The position numbers and the translations under genes were made by a program. Below, piece by piece: positions 38,818 to 47,458 of a stretch of DNA of 64,000 nucleotides. The DNA comes from Acidimicrobiia bacterium. Lineage in GTDB: Bacteria > Actinomycetota > Acidimicrobiia > IMCC26256 > JAGNEX01. The notes under the pieces are model-generated. The model did no database searches. It was not told the origin of the DNA and saw only the letters and a program-made list of their open reading frames with translations. The stretch is taken from the NCBI GenBank assembly GCA_018003035.1, contig JAGNEX010000002.1, positions 67,895-131,894 of the forward strand, in the 5' to 3' direction. Positions within the stretch are counted from its first letter, which is position 1; each line of letters opens with the position of its first letter.

Positions 38818-39648
38818 GTGTCTGAAGACCTAGCCCGCTCGATCGAAGCCCTATGGGAGAATCGCGACGATATGGCGTCGGTCATGTCGGCAGAAGAAGC
38901 TCGGCAGGTGATTCATGCTGCGGTCGAGCTGCTGGATAGCGGCCAAGGGCGTTGCGCCGAGGTGATCGACGGAAAGGTCGTTGTCCACCAGTGGCTCAAA
39001 CAGGCGGTGCTGTTGCTGTTCCGTGTCCAGGCGATGGAGACCATCGAGCTCGGCCCGTTCGAGTTCGCCGACAAGATCCCACTCAAGAAGAACTACATGG
39101 AGTCGCGTGTCCGGGTCGTCCCGGGCGCGTCTGCCCGCTGGGGTTCGTACCTCGCTCCTGGTGTGACCATGATGCCGTCGTACGTCAACATCGGCGCTTA
39201 TGTCGATGAGGGGACCCTAGTCGACACATGGGCCACCGTCGGGAGCTGCGCCAGCATCGGCAAGAACGTGCACCTGTCGGGGGGCGTGGGTATCGGAGGA
39301 GTTCTCGAACCCCCTCAGGCGGCCCCCGTAGTCATCGAAGACGATGCATTCATCGGGTCGCGTTGCATCGTGGTGGAAGGTGCTCGAGTTCGGCGCGGCG
39401 CCAAACTCGGAGCAGGCGTCGTCTTGACCTCTTCGACCCCCGTGATCGACTCTGCCACCGGCGAGGAATTGAGCCGCGGCGACGTGCCGGAACGTGCAGT
39501 GGCGATCGCAGCGACACGAAACCGCGACTTCGGCGGCGGGTCCTTCGGGCTTCCGTGTGTTCTGGTGTTGCGGACCCTGGAAGAGGGCGAGGAGCACGAC
39601 AAGCTCAAGCTCAACGCGATCCTCCGCGAACATGGGGTCGCGACGTGA
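38818..39648 (+). CDS. dapD: Tetrahydrodipicolinate N-succinyltransferase
   Basis: Left-handed beta-helix hexapeptide repeats (IGKNVHLSGGVGIGGVLEP...VIEDDAFIGSRCIVVEGARV). GTG 38818 is preceded by GGAGG. Confidence 0.85.
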   Translation: MSEDLARSIEALWENRDDMASVMSAEEARQVIHAAVELLDSGQGRCAEVIDGKVVVHQWLKQAVLLLFRVQAMETIELGPFEFADKIPLKKNYMESRVRVVPGASARWGSYLAPGVTMMPSYVNIGAYVDEGTLVDTWATVGSCASIGKNVHLSGGVGIGGVLEPPQAAPVVIEDDAFIGSRCIVVEGARVRRGAKLGAGVVLTSSTPVIDSATGEELSRGDVPERAVAIAATRNRDFGGGSFGLPCVLVLRTLEEGEEHDKLKLNAILREHGVAT

Positions 39649-40790
39649 CGTCGCCCAAAGTGATCGTCGATTCGTCGGCGGTTTCCGAGGCGTTGGTGCA
39701 GGGTGCCGCGTACGTCGAACGCGGAAGCTCCACGGATCTCCTCGCTATGACCGCCGCGCTCGTCTCTGTTCCGTCTCAATCCCTCCAGGAGCAGCGACTG
39801 GCGGATGCTGTCATGGCACGCGTTGCCCAAAGAACCGACGTTGAAATCACGCGGATCGGGAACTCAGTCGTGGCGTCGACGCGTTTTGGACGGGCGAAGA
39901 GGGTGGTCCTGGGCGGGCATCTAGACACGGTCCCCCCTAACGGCAACGAACAAGCGCGTCTTGAAGGTGAGACCTTGTTCGGTCTGGGGACCGCGGACAT
40001 GAAGGGCGGCCTTGCGGTTATGTTCCGCATCCTCGAAGAGGTTGCTGCGCACTCCCGCTTTGACGTCACCCTCGTTTGGTATGAAGCCGAAGAGGTCGCC
40101 GTTGTCCACAATGGTCTGCTCGCAATCTCTCAGCAACGACCCGAGCTGCTCGCCGGCGATGTCGCGATTTTGCTGGAACCCACAGACGGATGGGTTGAGG
40201 CTGGTTGCCAGGGCACTCTTCGAGTCCAGGCAGCGTTCCGAGGCGAACGAGCACACACTGCCCGCGCTTGGATGGGGGACAACGCCATCCACAAAATGGC
40301 TGGTCTTCTCGCCCGAGTGGCGGATTATGAGCCCGCGACGGTCAACGTCGACGGGCTCGACTACCGCGAGGCACTCCAGGTCGTCAAGATCGAGGGAGGC
40401 GTGGCGGGAAACGTTGTTCCTGACCGCGCGGTGGCGACCATCAACCGACGGTTCGCTCCGACCCAAACGCTTACCGACGCTGTCGAGGAGTTGCGTGCCA
40501 TCATCGGACCGGTGGACGAGTTCGCTGTCGACGACGCCGCGCCAGCGGCGCCGCCACAGCTGTTTTCGCCGCTCGTGGCGGAATTTGTCGGGACGCTCAA
40601 CCTTCCGGTGCGTCCCAAACTTGGTTGGACCGATGTCGCAAGGTTTGCCGAACTGGGGATTCCGGCGTGCAACTACGGGCCAGGTGACCCGAGCGTTTCA
40701 CACACACAAGGCGAATTCGTCACTGCGACGTCGCTCGAACGGTGCTTTCAGGCGCTGAAGTTATTCCTCAGCACAGATGAGATCCGGTAG
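39645..40790 (+). CDS. dapE: Succinyl-diaminopimelate desuccinylase (M20 family)
   Basis: From GTG 39645 (overlaps the dapD TGA): M20 motifs LGGHLDTVP and GTADMKGG. The ORF-track start 39228 lies inside dapD. Confidence 0.85.
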   Translation: MTSPKVIVDSSAVSEALVQGAAYVERGSSTDLLAMTAALVSVPSQSLQEQRLADAVMARVAQRTDVEITRIGNSVVASTRFGRAKRVVLGGHLDTVPPNGNEQARLEGETLFGLGTADMKGGLAVMFRILEEVAAHSRFDVTLVWYEAEEVAVVHNGLLAISQQRPELLAGDVAILLEPTDGWVEAGCQGTLRVQAAFRGERAHTARAWMGDNAIHKMAGLLARVADYEPATVNVDGLDYREALQVVKIEGGVAGNVVPDRAVATINRRFAPTQTLTDAVEELRAIIGPVDEFAVDDAAPAAPPQLFSPLVAEFVGTLNLPVRPKLGWTDVARFAELGIPACNYGPGDPSVSHTQGEFVTATSLERCFQALKLFLSTDEIR

Positions 40791-40792
40791 CG

Positions 40793-41419
40793 CTACAAAC
40801 GCCGCATGACGGTGACAACCCGACCGTAGACCGTGACGTCACCTGCAGGGAAGACCATGTCTTCAAGAGCGGGATTCGCTGGTCGGAGCACGATGGTGTC
40901 GGTGCCGCCCATGAAGGTCTTTACCGTTGCCTCATCGCCCGGGATCCCCGCGACGACTATTTCGCCCTTCCGTGCGGTGTTCTGTCGACGTGCAACGACG
41001 TAGTCGCCGTCGAAAATCCCCACGTCGATCATCGACTCGCCGCGTACCCGCAACATGAAAAGGTCCCCATCGCCGGTGAGGTCTGCAGGCAGTGGAAAGA
41101 CCTCCTGCATCGTCTCTTGGCCGAGCACCCCAGTGCCGGCTGCAACGTCGCCGACGAGGGGGACGTGACGTACCGGTCGACGTTCGACCGGCGTGTCGAT
41201 CTCTGAACCAAAGTGGACTTCGATTGCACGAGGCTTGGTCGGATCTCGTTTGATGAAGCCTTTCCGCTCTAGCGCGGAAAGGTGAGCGTGAACCGTCGAG
41301 GACGACGTGAGTCCCATAGCTGCGCCGATCTCCCGAACCGACGGCGGGTACCCGCGACTCTGGACCATCTCGGCGATGTACTCAAGGATCTGGCGCTGAC
41401 GAGTAGTGAGTTCTTGCAT
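40793..41419 (-). CDS. lexA: LexA repressor
   Basis: From ATG at 41419: MQELTTRQRQILEYIAEMVQSRGYPPSVREIGAAMGL (winged HTH). Ala-Gly cleavage region VAAG, and S24 peptidase Ser/Lys motifs GESM and VTVKTF. Confidence 0.95.
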   Translation of the reverse strand: MQELTTRQRQILEYIAEMVQSRGYPPSVREIGAAMGLTSSSTVHAHLSALERKGFIKRDPTKPRAIEVHFGSEIDTPVERRPVRHVPLVGDVAAGTGVLGQETMQEVFPLPADLTGDGDLFMLRVRGESMIDVGIFDGDYVVARRQNTARKGEIVVAGIPGDEATVKTFMGGTDTIVLRPANPALEDMVFPAGDVTVYGRVVTVMRRL

Positions 41420-41576
41420 GATCTTGCTCCAACCCGATCGGGTAAGTGTTCTGAGTGACGGCTCCACCAGGAGCGATACATGGGCAGTTGGGCGCAACCT
41501 GGTGAGGCAAATGCACGTAGGCCGAGCGCCGGCTGCGAACTTGGGCCAGACCGTAACACGGAGAGTTATCCAGTAC

Positions 41577-41605
41577 AAACATTTGTTCTTATCGCACTTG
41601 TGTTC
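41577..41605. promoter_or_regulatory. Two degenerate SOS-like boxes in the lexA divergent region
   Basis: AAACatttGTTC (41577-41588) and GCACttgtGTTC (41594-41605). Each has one intact GTTC half-site and one near-match half-site. Confidence 0.4.
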
Positions 41606-41629
41606 CCCTCAGGTCCGTGGTTACCATGC

Positions 41630-41641
41630 GAACAGTTGTTC
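41630..41641. promoter_or_regulatory. Perfect Cheo-type SOS box
   Basis: GAACagttGTTC. Ends 34 nt upstream of ATG 41676 of the small membrane-protein ORF and lies about 210 nt upstream of the lexA start on the other strand. Confidence 0.7.
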
Positions 41642-41675
41642 CGTAGGTACAGGTGTTCGAAGGATCGCGATAACG

Positions 41676-42041
41676 ATGAGTTCACTACTTCTCCCAAATG
41701 GCGGCTACTACGGTCCGCAGGGCGCCCGCCGCCCCGTTTCGCTCAGCACTCCGCGGGGTGCCAAGCAGACCGCATCGCTCATCGCCAGCGAAGCGCTCCG
41801 TTCCGAAGTCGAGGTGACTGTGCGATCACGAGCGGTCGCGTGGATCTTGACCGTTGTGATGTGCGGTGCCTTTGGCGCTGCCTGGATGTTGAGCATCGAC
41901 GGGTCGCCTACGGGCGCCACTGGCGCCATCGACGCACCTGGTCTGGTCCATGTTCAAGGTGCGGGGGCCAGCGCTGCAGAAGTGGCGGGCTCTACAAACC
42001 CCGCTGCCAGCGACTCTATAAACCCAGCCCAGTCGAGGTAA
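41676..42041 (+). CDS. Small single-pass membrane protein, candidate SOS-induced factor
   Basis: 121 aa from ATG 41676 (AAGGA 11 nt upstream). One TM segment, AVAWILTVVMCGAFGAAWMLSI. Mostly G/C-ending codons as in neighbouring genes. Divergent from lexA and preceded by an SOS box. No family recognised. Confidence 0.55.
   Translation: MSSLLLPNGGYYGPQGARRPVSLSTPRGAKQTASLIASEALRSEVEVTVRSRAVAWILTVVMCGAFGAAWMLSIDGSPTGATGAIDAPGLVHVQGAGASAAEVAGSTNPAASDSINPAQSR
41783..41800 (+). repeat. 18-nt direct repeat, copy 1 (inside the small ORF)
   Basis: CGCCAGCGAAGCGCTCCG, identical to 42043-42060. Confidence 0.9.
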
Positions 42042-42042
42042 C

Positions 42043-42060
42043 CGCCAGCGAAGCGCTCCG
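42043..42060 (+). repeat. 18-nt direct repeat, copy 2 (just after the small ORF stop)
   Basis: CGCCAGCGAAGCGCTCCG, identical to 41783-41800. A 9-mer AGTCGAGGT also recurs at 41806-41814 and 42031-42039. Confidence 0.9.
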
Positions 42061-42104
42061 CCTAGTCTGGGGCCGGTCGACACGGGTGACGCAAGGATTG
42101 GGCG

Positions 42105-44876
42105 ATGACGCTGGCGTTTGAAGAAGCAGCCTTGGGTATTGGACGGCACTTCACGGCGGAAGGGGTGAACCCTTTCGACATGGTCGAGTGGGAAACCTCC
42201 GACGCTCGAATCACCAATTGGTCAGACGGCACCGACGCCTTCTACCAGCCTGACGTGGAGTTCCCGAGTTCGTGGTCGGTGAACGCACGCAACATCGTCG
42301 CTCAGAAGTACTTTCGCGGCGAACTTGGCTCGGCCAGCCGCGAGGCATCGCTGAAGACGGTCGTCGACCGTATCGTTTCGACGATCGCAGCCTGGGGCCT
42401 TGCCGGCGGCTATTTCGTCGATCAAGACGAAGCCGATGTGTTCGCCGACGAATTGCGATTCATCCTCGTGACCCAACGGGCGGCCTTCAACTCTCCGGTG
42501 TGGTTCAACATCGGGGTCAAGGGCGTGCCCCAGCAGGCGTCGGCCTGTTTCATTCTTTCGGTCGAAGACTCCATGCCGTCGATCCTTGAGTGGTACCGGC
42601 AAGAAGGCGTCATCTTCAAGGGTGGGTCTGGCGCAGGAATCAATCTCAGCACGCTGCGCTCCGCTGACGAGCAGCTCGATGGCGGGGGGACCGCGTCCGG
42701 TCCCGTTTCTTTCATGCGTGGAGCCGATGCGTCCGCGGGGACGATCAAGTCCGGCGGCAAGACCCGACGGGCCGCCAAAATGGTCATCCTTAACGCTGAC
42801 CATCCCGATGTCGAAGATTTTGTGTGGTGCAAGGCGCGTGAGGAGCGAAAGTCACGCGTGCTCGCAGCGAACGGCTTCGACATGAGCCTTAACGGCGCTG
42901 ACGCCTTTTCCGTTCAGTACCAGAACGCGAACAACTCGGTGCGGGTAACCGACGACTTCATGCAGGCCGTGCTCGACGATGCGCAATGGTCGCTCAAGGC
43001 CGTTACCACGGGTGAAGTCATCAAGACGGTCCGTGCCCGAGAGTTGATGCACGAGATCGCATCCGCTGCCTGGGAGTGCGCCGATCCCGGAATGCAGTTC
43101 GATACCACGATCAACCGTTGGAATACCAGCGCCAATACAGCGTCGATCAACGCATCCAACCCTTGCTCTGAGTACATGCACCTCGACAACTCGGCGTGCA
43201 ACTTGGCAAGCATCAATCTGGTCAAGTACCAAACCGCCGAAGGCGATTTCGACGTCGACGCATTCGTCCACACGGTTCGGATCCTGACGACCGCGCAGGA
43301 CATCCTCGTCGACAACGCCGCATACCCAACGCCACAGATCGAGGCCACCACTCGAGCGTTCCGCCAACTCGGTTTGGGATACGCCAACCTCGGTGCGCTT
43401 CTCATGAGCGAAGGTATGCCGTACGACTCCGAGGTCGGGCGGGCCTGGGCGGCGGCGATCACCGCGCTCATGACGGGCGGCGCCTACCGGACTTCGGTCG
43501 ATATTGCCGCCAAGCTGGGTCCGCACCGCGGCTATCGCGACAACGTCGAGCCGATGCAGCGCGTGCTCCGTCAACATCGAGACGCCGTTGAGGGCATTGA
43601 CGCAACGCTGGTGCCCGAGGCGCTTATTTCGAGCGCTCGGTCCGTATGGCGCGAGGTGTGTGACCAAGCGGCGGTTCACGGCGTGCGCAATGCACAAGCT
43701 TCGGTGCTGGCGCCCACTGGCACGATCGGCCTTGCGATGGACTGCGACACCACCGGTATTGAGCCCGACCTTGGTCTTTTCAAGACCAAGAAGCTGGTGG
43801 GCGGCGGGACGCTCCAGATCGTCAATCAGTCCGTTGGACGGGCGCTTGAAGCCCTCGGATATCAGGAGCCTGATATCGAGCGGATCGTCGCTTACCTCGA
43901 AACTGAACGCACGATCGTGGGCGCACCCGGTCTCGATCCCGATCACCTTGCCGTTTTTGCGTGCGCGATGGGGGACAACGTCATCCTCCATATGGGTCAT
44001 GTGCGAATGATGGCAGCGGTTCAGCCGTTCCTTAGCGGCGCAATCTCCAAGACCGTGAACATGCCCGAAGACGTCACAGTCGACGACGTCGAAGAGCTCT
44101 TCATCGAATCGTGGAAGGCGGGTATCAAGGCCGTCGCCATTTATCGCGACGGTTCGAAGTACGCCCAGCCACTTGAAACGAACAAGAAGTCATCCAGCGA
44201 TGTGAGCACCGTCGCTCTGTCGAGTGCCACGCAGCTTTCGTCTGCAGCAGTTGAGCTGATCGCTGACGCTCGGCCGGTCCGAGAGAAGCTCCCTCGGAGC
44301 CGCCAGTCAAAGACGTTTTCTTTCCGCGTCGCTGATTGTCATGGCTACGTGACGGTCGGGGAGTACCCGGACGGTCGACCGGGTGAGATCTTCTTGCGGG
44401 TCGCCAAACAGGGCTCGACGCTCGCCGGGATCATGGACGCGTTCGCCATATCGGTGAGTCACGGTCTGCAGTACGGCGTGCCGCTCCGGTCCTTTGTTGA
44501 AGCCTTCGTCAACATGCGTTTTGAACCGGCTGGAATCACCGACGACCCAGATCTCCGTCTCGCTTCGAGCTTGGTTGACTACATCTTCAGGCGATTAGCC
44601 CTTGAGTACTTGCCCACCGACGAACGGCAGGGGCTAGGTATTTTGACCGTCAACGAACGCAAGCAGCCGACGCTGCCAGGAGTTGATGAGGCCACGGCCC
44701 CGAGCCTGCCCGTCGCTGAACTGAGCGATCCGCCGTCGGCGGCATTGCCTGCGGTTCAACTCGAGGCCGGAGGCACGGTGCACGCAGAGATTTGTCCCAA
44801 CTGCGGCGACATCATGCGTCGTGCTGGATCCTGCTATGCCTGCCCAAGCTGCGGGAGCACGAGCGGCTGCTCGTAG
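42105..44876 (+). CDS. nrdJ: Class II (adenosylcobalamin-dependent) ribonucleotide reductase
   Basis: 923 aa. N-terminus FTAEGVNPFDMVEWE. Catalytic NPCSEY with Cys, SACNLASINL. C-terminal zinc ribbon CPNCGDIMRRAGSCYACPSCGSTSGCS. Confidence 0.93.
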   Translation: MTLAFEEAALGIGRHFTAEGVNPFDMVEWETSDARITNWSDGTDAFYQPDVEFPSSWSVNARNIVAQKYFRGELGSASREASLKTVVDRIVSTIAAWGLAGGYFVDQDEADVFADELRFILVTQRAAFNSPVWFNIGVKGVPQQASACFILSVEDSMPSILEWYRQEGVIFKGGSGAGINLSTLRSADEQLDGGGTASGPVSFMRGADASAGTIKSGGKTRRAAKMVILNADHPDVEDFVWCKAREERKSRVLAANGFDMSLNGADAFSVQYQNANNSVRVTDDFMQAVLDDAQWSLKAVTTGEVIKTVRARELMHEIASAAWECADPGMQFDTTINRWNTSANTASINASNPCSEYMHLDNSACNLASINLVKYQTAEGDFDVDAFVHTVRILTTAQDILVDNAAYPTPQIEATTRAFRQLGLGYANLGALLMSEGMPYDSEVGRAWAAAITALMTGGAYRTSVDIAAKLGPHRGYRDNVEPMQRVLRQHRDAVEGIDATLVPEALISSARSVWREVCDQAAVHGVRNAQASVLAPTGTIGLAMDCDTTGIEPDLGLFKTKKLVGGGTLQIVNQSVGRALEALGYQEPDIERIVAYLETERTIVGAPGLDPDHLAVFACAMGDNVILHMGHVRMMAAVQPFLSGAISKTVNMPEDVTVDDVEELFIESWKAGIKAVAIYRDGSKYAQPLETNKKSSSDVSTVALSSATQLSSAAVELIADARPVREKLPRSRQSKTFSFRVADCHGYVTVGEYPDGRPGEIFLRVAKQGSTLAGIMDAFAISVSHGLQYGVPLRSFVEAFVNMRFEPAGITDDPDLRLASSLVDYIFRRLALEYLPTDERQGLGILTVNERKQPTLPGVDEATAPSLPVAELSDPPSAALPAVQLEAGGTVHAEICPNCGDIMRRAGSCYACPSCGSTSGCS

Positions 44877-44930
44877 TCACGAGCTGCGCCGCTGGGCGGG
44901 TCTGCGGGCGACATCCACGACGGTACCCCC

Positions 44931-45464
44931 CTACTCGTCGCAGTCTGAGCTGCCGTCAATCCTCTCGAGCGATACCGCCATCAGGTAACCCCGCGCCCGT
45001 TCGGTCTTTGGAAACTGGTTGACGAGCGTCCAGAAGCCAGGGCCGTGGTTAGGCTCGACGAGGTGGGCGAGTTCGTGGACAACGACGTAGTCGATCACGA
45101 AATCGGGCATTGGGATGAGGCGGTCCGAGATCCGGATGGCACCGGTACGCGGCGTGCACGATCCGTACCGGCTGTTCTGGTTGCTGACCCAACGGATTGA
45201 CGTCCACGCCAGTCGCCCGCCGAAGAACATTCGGTTCAACTTCTGCGCCCGCTCCTGCAGGTCGCTGTCGGTGCGTTGGCGACGGCCACGGCGCCGTTCG
45301 AGGCGCTTTCGGAGGTCATCGATGATGGGAGCCAACTCAGCGTCCGACATCCGTGCGGGGGCGCGGACGACGTAGCCGCCGTCTCGTTCTTGCATCGTGA
45401 CCGACTTGTGTCGCCGAGTGCTTCGGACAACCTCGATCCGGAGGTCGATCTGCTCGCTCGTCAT
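44931..45464 (-). CDS. YgjP-like (DUF45 / M48-related) zinc metallohydrolase
   Basis: SRYGSCTPRTGAIRISDRL and HELAHLVEPNHGPGFW (HExxH) motifs. Start chosen at ATG 45464. Confidence 0.75.
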   Translation of the reverse strand: MTSEQIDLRIEVVRSTRRHKSVTMQERDGGYVVRAPARMSDAELAPIIDDLRKRLERRRGRRQRTDSDLQERAQKLNRMFFGGRLAWTSIRWVSNQNSRYGSCTPRTGAIRISDRLIPMPDFVIDYVVVHELAHLVEPNHGPGFWTLVNQFPKTERARGYLMAVSLERIDGSSDCDE

Positions 45465-45658
45465 CGTGGTTTCAATCGATTCTGGCGTCCGTTCCTGGCG
45501 CGCCGTGACTGGCGGGAGGGGTTGTTCCTGGTCAACCCGTACAAATATTTCCACTGTTCGGTGTAACAAGGACGGTCCGCGAAGCGTCCGTCTGACGCGC
45601 CGTAGGATGCGTGCCCAAGAAACCCGCCGTTCGGTACCTGAGGAAAGGTGAGCCGCCC

Positions 45659-46024
45659 ATGCTTAAAGAGTTCAAGGAATTTATCGCCCGAGGAAACATC
45701 GTTGACCTCGCCGTCGCCGTTGTCATCGGCACAGCGTTCACAACTCTGATCAAGTCGTTCGTCGACAACGTGTTGATGCCGCTCGTGGCAGCGATCTTGG
45801 GTGGCAATAAGCCTGATTTCACGGCCTACTTCTTCACCATCGGCGAGTCGAAGATTCGGTACGGGACGTTCCTGACAGCGCTGGTCAGCTTTGTGATCCT
45901 CGCTTTTGCGGTCTTCTTGGTGGTCAAAGCCATCAACAAGTTCTACAAGAAGGAAGAGGCGGACGCAGGTCCTTCGGAGATCGACCTGCTGACCGACATC
46001 CGCGAGATCCTCTCCCGCAAATAG
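45659..46024 (+). CDS. mscL: Large-conductance mechanosensitive channel
   Basis: MLKEFKEFIARGNIVDLAVAVVIGTAFTTLIKSFVDNVLMPLV is a classical MscL N-terminus. 121 aa. GAGGAAAGG SD. Confidence 0.93.
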   Translation: MLKEFKEFIARGNIVDLAVAVVIGTAFTTLIKSFVDNVLMPLVAAILGGNKPDFTAYFFTIGESKIRYGTFLTALVSFVILAFAVFLVVKAINKFYKKEEADAGPSEIDLLTDIREILSRK

Positions 46025-46147
46025 GGTTTGGCTAGCGGCTCGAGACCGGGCCGAACCACTCTCGGAACTGCGCACCAAGGCGGTAGGTCACATCCGTGAT
46101 CTGCCGCCTTGTCGCGTCGTCGACGTTTGGGACGGGGAACCGTCCGA

Positions 46148-47458
46148 TCAGGCGATCATCATTCGTGTTGCGAGGGCCCGCGCTGGACGTCGGAGGATGA
46201 TCATCGCGGGGATCAGCAGCAAGATCAACACAGTGATGGACACGATGATCAAACCGCCCGCCGAGAACGATGGGTCAACGAAGGAATACATCCCGACGCC
46301 GAACGCAGTCGCCGCAAGAACCCACGGTGAATAGCCAAGGGAGGAAAGCAGTCCGGCGAGCAGCGACACGATGCCGTAAGCGCCAAAGCCGATCAGCAAC
46401 CTCATTGCGGCGTACTTCGAGCCACCGAACCAGTTGGCGGAAATGAAGATCGGCGTGCCGAGAACGACCGAGGTCAAGACGACCCGCGAAAGCGCCTTCA
46501 ACAGGATCGACTCACCGGACCACCGCCGGGATCCGAGGTTGCGTTCGAACACCGAGTGCCCTTCCAACGACTCGGGTAAGGCGCGCCACAGTTCGGAGAG
46601 TTCGATGCCACCCCAGGCAACACCAACGGCTGACGGCAGCAGGGTGACGGCTGGCAGCAGATTGCGCATGCCGTAGCCGACGGAATCGTCGAGAACGAGC
46701 ATCAGGCCCAGGAACGCTCCAATGATGGTCTCAATGATCACCTGCAGCCAGGGGCCGGGGTGATGAGCTCGTTCAGGTTCGGAAACGATCGCTCCTCGGA
46801 CCAGGACGCACATTGCGACCGCAGCAAGTAGCAACACGGGCATGGGCGGAACGCTGAGGAACAGAGGGACCGTAACGGCGAGTGCCAGAAAGGTGTACTG
46901 CCAGACCCACCGGCGAGCGACGAGGAGCGACCCCCCGACCCACGTCACCGAGAGAAAGGCGGCTAGCCAACCTTGGGTACCGAGGGTTAGTCCGAGTAGC
47001 AAGGATCCGACGGCAGCGCCGGTAAGGACCCATTTACCGTCGGGCCTCATCGTCGCAAGGCCGCCGCGGCGAGCAAGATAGCGTCGGCGGAGCCCGCCCT
47101 GAAAGGCCATCGTGATTGGCAGTGCAAGCCGGAGAGTGTCGCTCACCACCTGGGGTTCATACCGCCACGAGAGCGGAATGGACCAGGTTGCCAACGTGAA
47201 GAGCGTGAGCACCAGGCCGAGTCCCAGGCTCAGGTATCGCTCCCTCGGCAGCGAGTAGCTGACCTGTGGCCGGGCCTCATGTGGGCGGCTTCGAGATTCA
47301 GCGACGACCTGACGCCCCAGATTCAGGGCATCGGCACTCGTCATACCGCCCCAGGCTTCAAGCACGACGCCAGCTTCGATGGCGTCCTGCGGCTGGCGTT
47401 CCAGGCGAGCTTCGACAACTGCTCGGGCAGTGTTGACATCGATGCGGTGCCGGTTCAT
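46148..47458 (-). CDS. 12-TM membrane protein, PelG-like by position and topology (polysaccharide export?)
   Basis: 436 aa with a soluble N-terminus of about 70 aa, then about 12 hydrophobic segments counted by eye. Its ATG overlaps the stop of the upstream DUF3492 glycosyltransferase (ATGA). No sequence-level family recognition. Confidence 0.5.
   Translation of the reverse strand: MNRHRIDVNTARAVVEARLERQPQDAIEAGVVLEAWGGMTSADALNLGRQVVAESRSRPHEARPQVSYSLPRERYLSLGLGLVLTLFTLATWSIPLSWRYEPQVVSDTLRLALPITMAFQGGLRRRYLARRGGLATMRPDGKWVLTGAAVGSLLLGLTLGTQGWLAAFLSVTWVGGSLLVARRWVWQYTFLALAVTVPLFLSVPPMPVLLLAAVAMCVLVRGAIVSEPERAHHPGPWLQVIIETIIGAFLGLMLVLDDSVGYGMRNLLPAVTLLPSAVGVAWGGIELSELWRALPESLEGHSVFERNLGSRRWSGESILLKALSRVVLTSVVLGTPIFISANWFGGSKYAAMRLLIGFGAYGIVSLLAGLLSSLGYSPWVLAATAFGVGMYSFVDPSFSAGGLIIVSITVLILLLIPAMIILRRPARALATRMMIA

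Noticed and set aside
40102-40110. DnaA box TTGTCCACA
   Set aside because: A single occurrence inside the dapE coding sequence, with no cluster or AT-rich unwinding region.
41642-42104. Cobalamin riboswitch upstream of nrdJ
   Set aside because: Only a fortuitous GCCACTG occurs (near 41920). The conserved B12-box and core stems are not visible. A B12-dependent enzyme is not an expected target, and the interval has a plausible coding frame.
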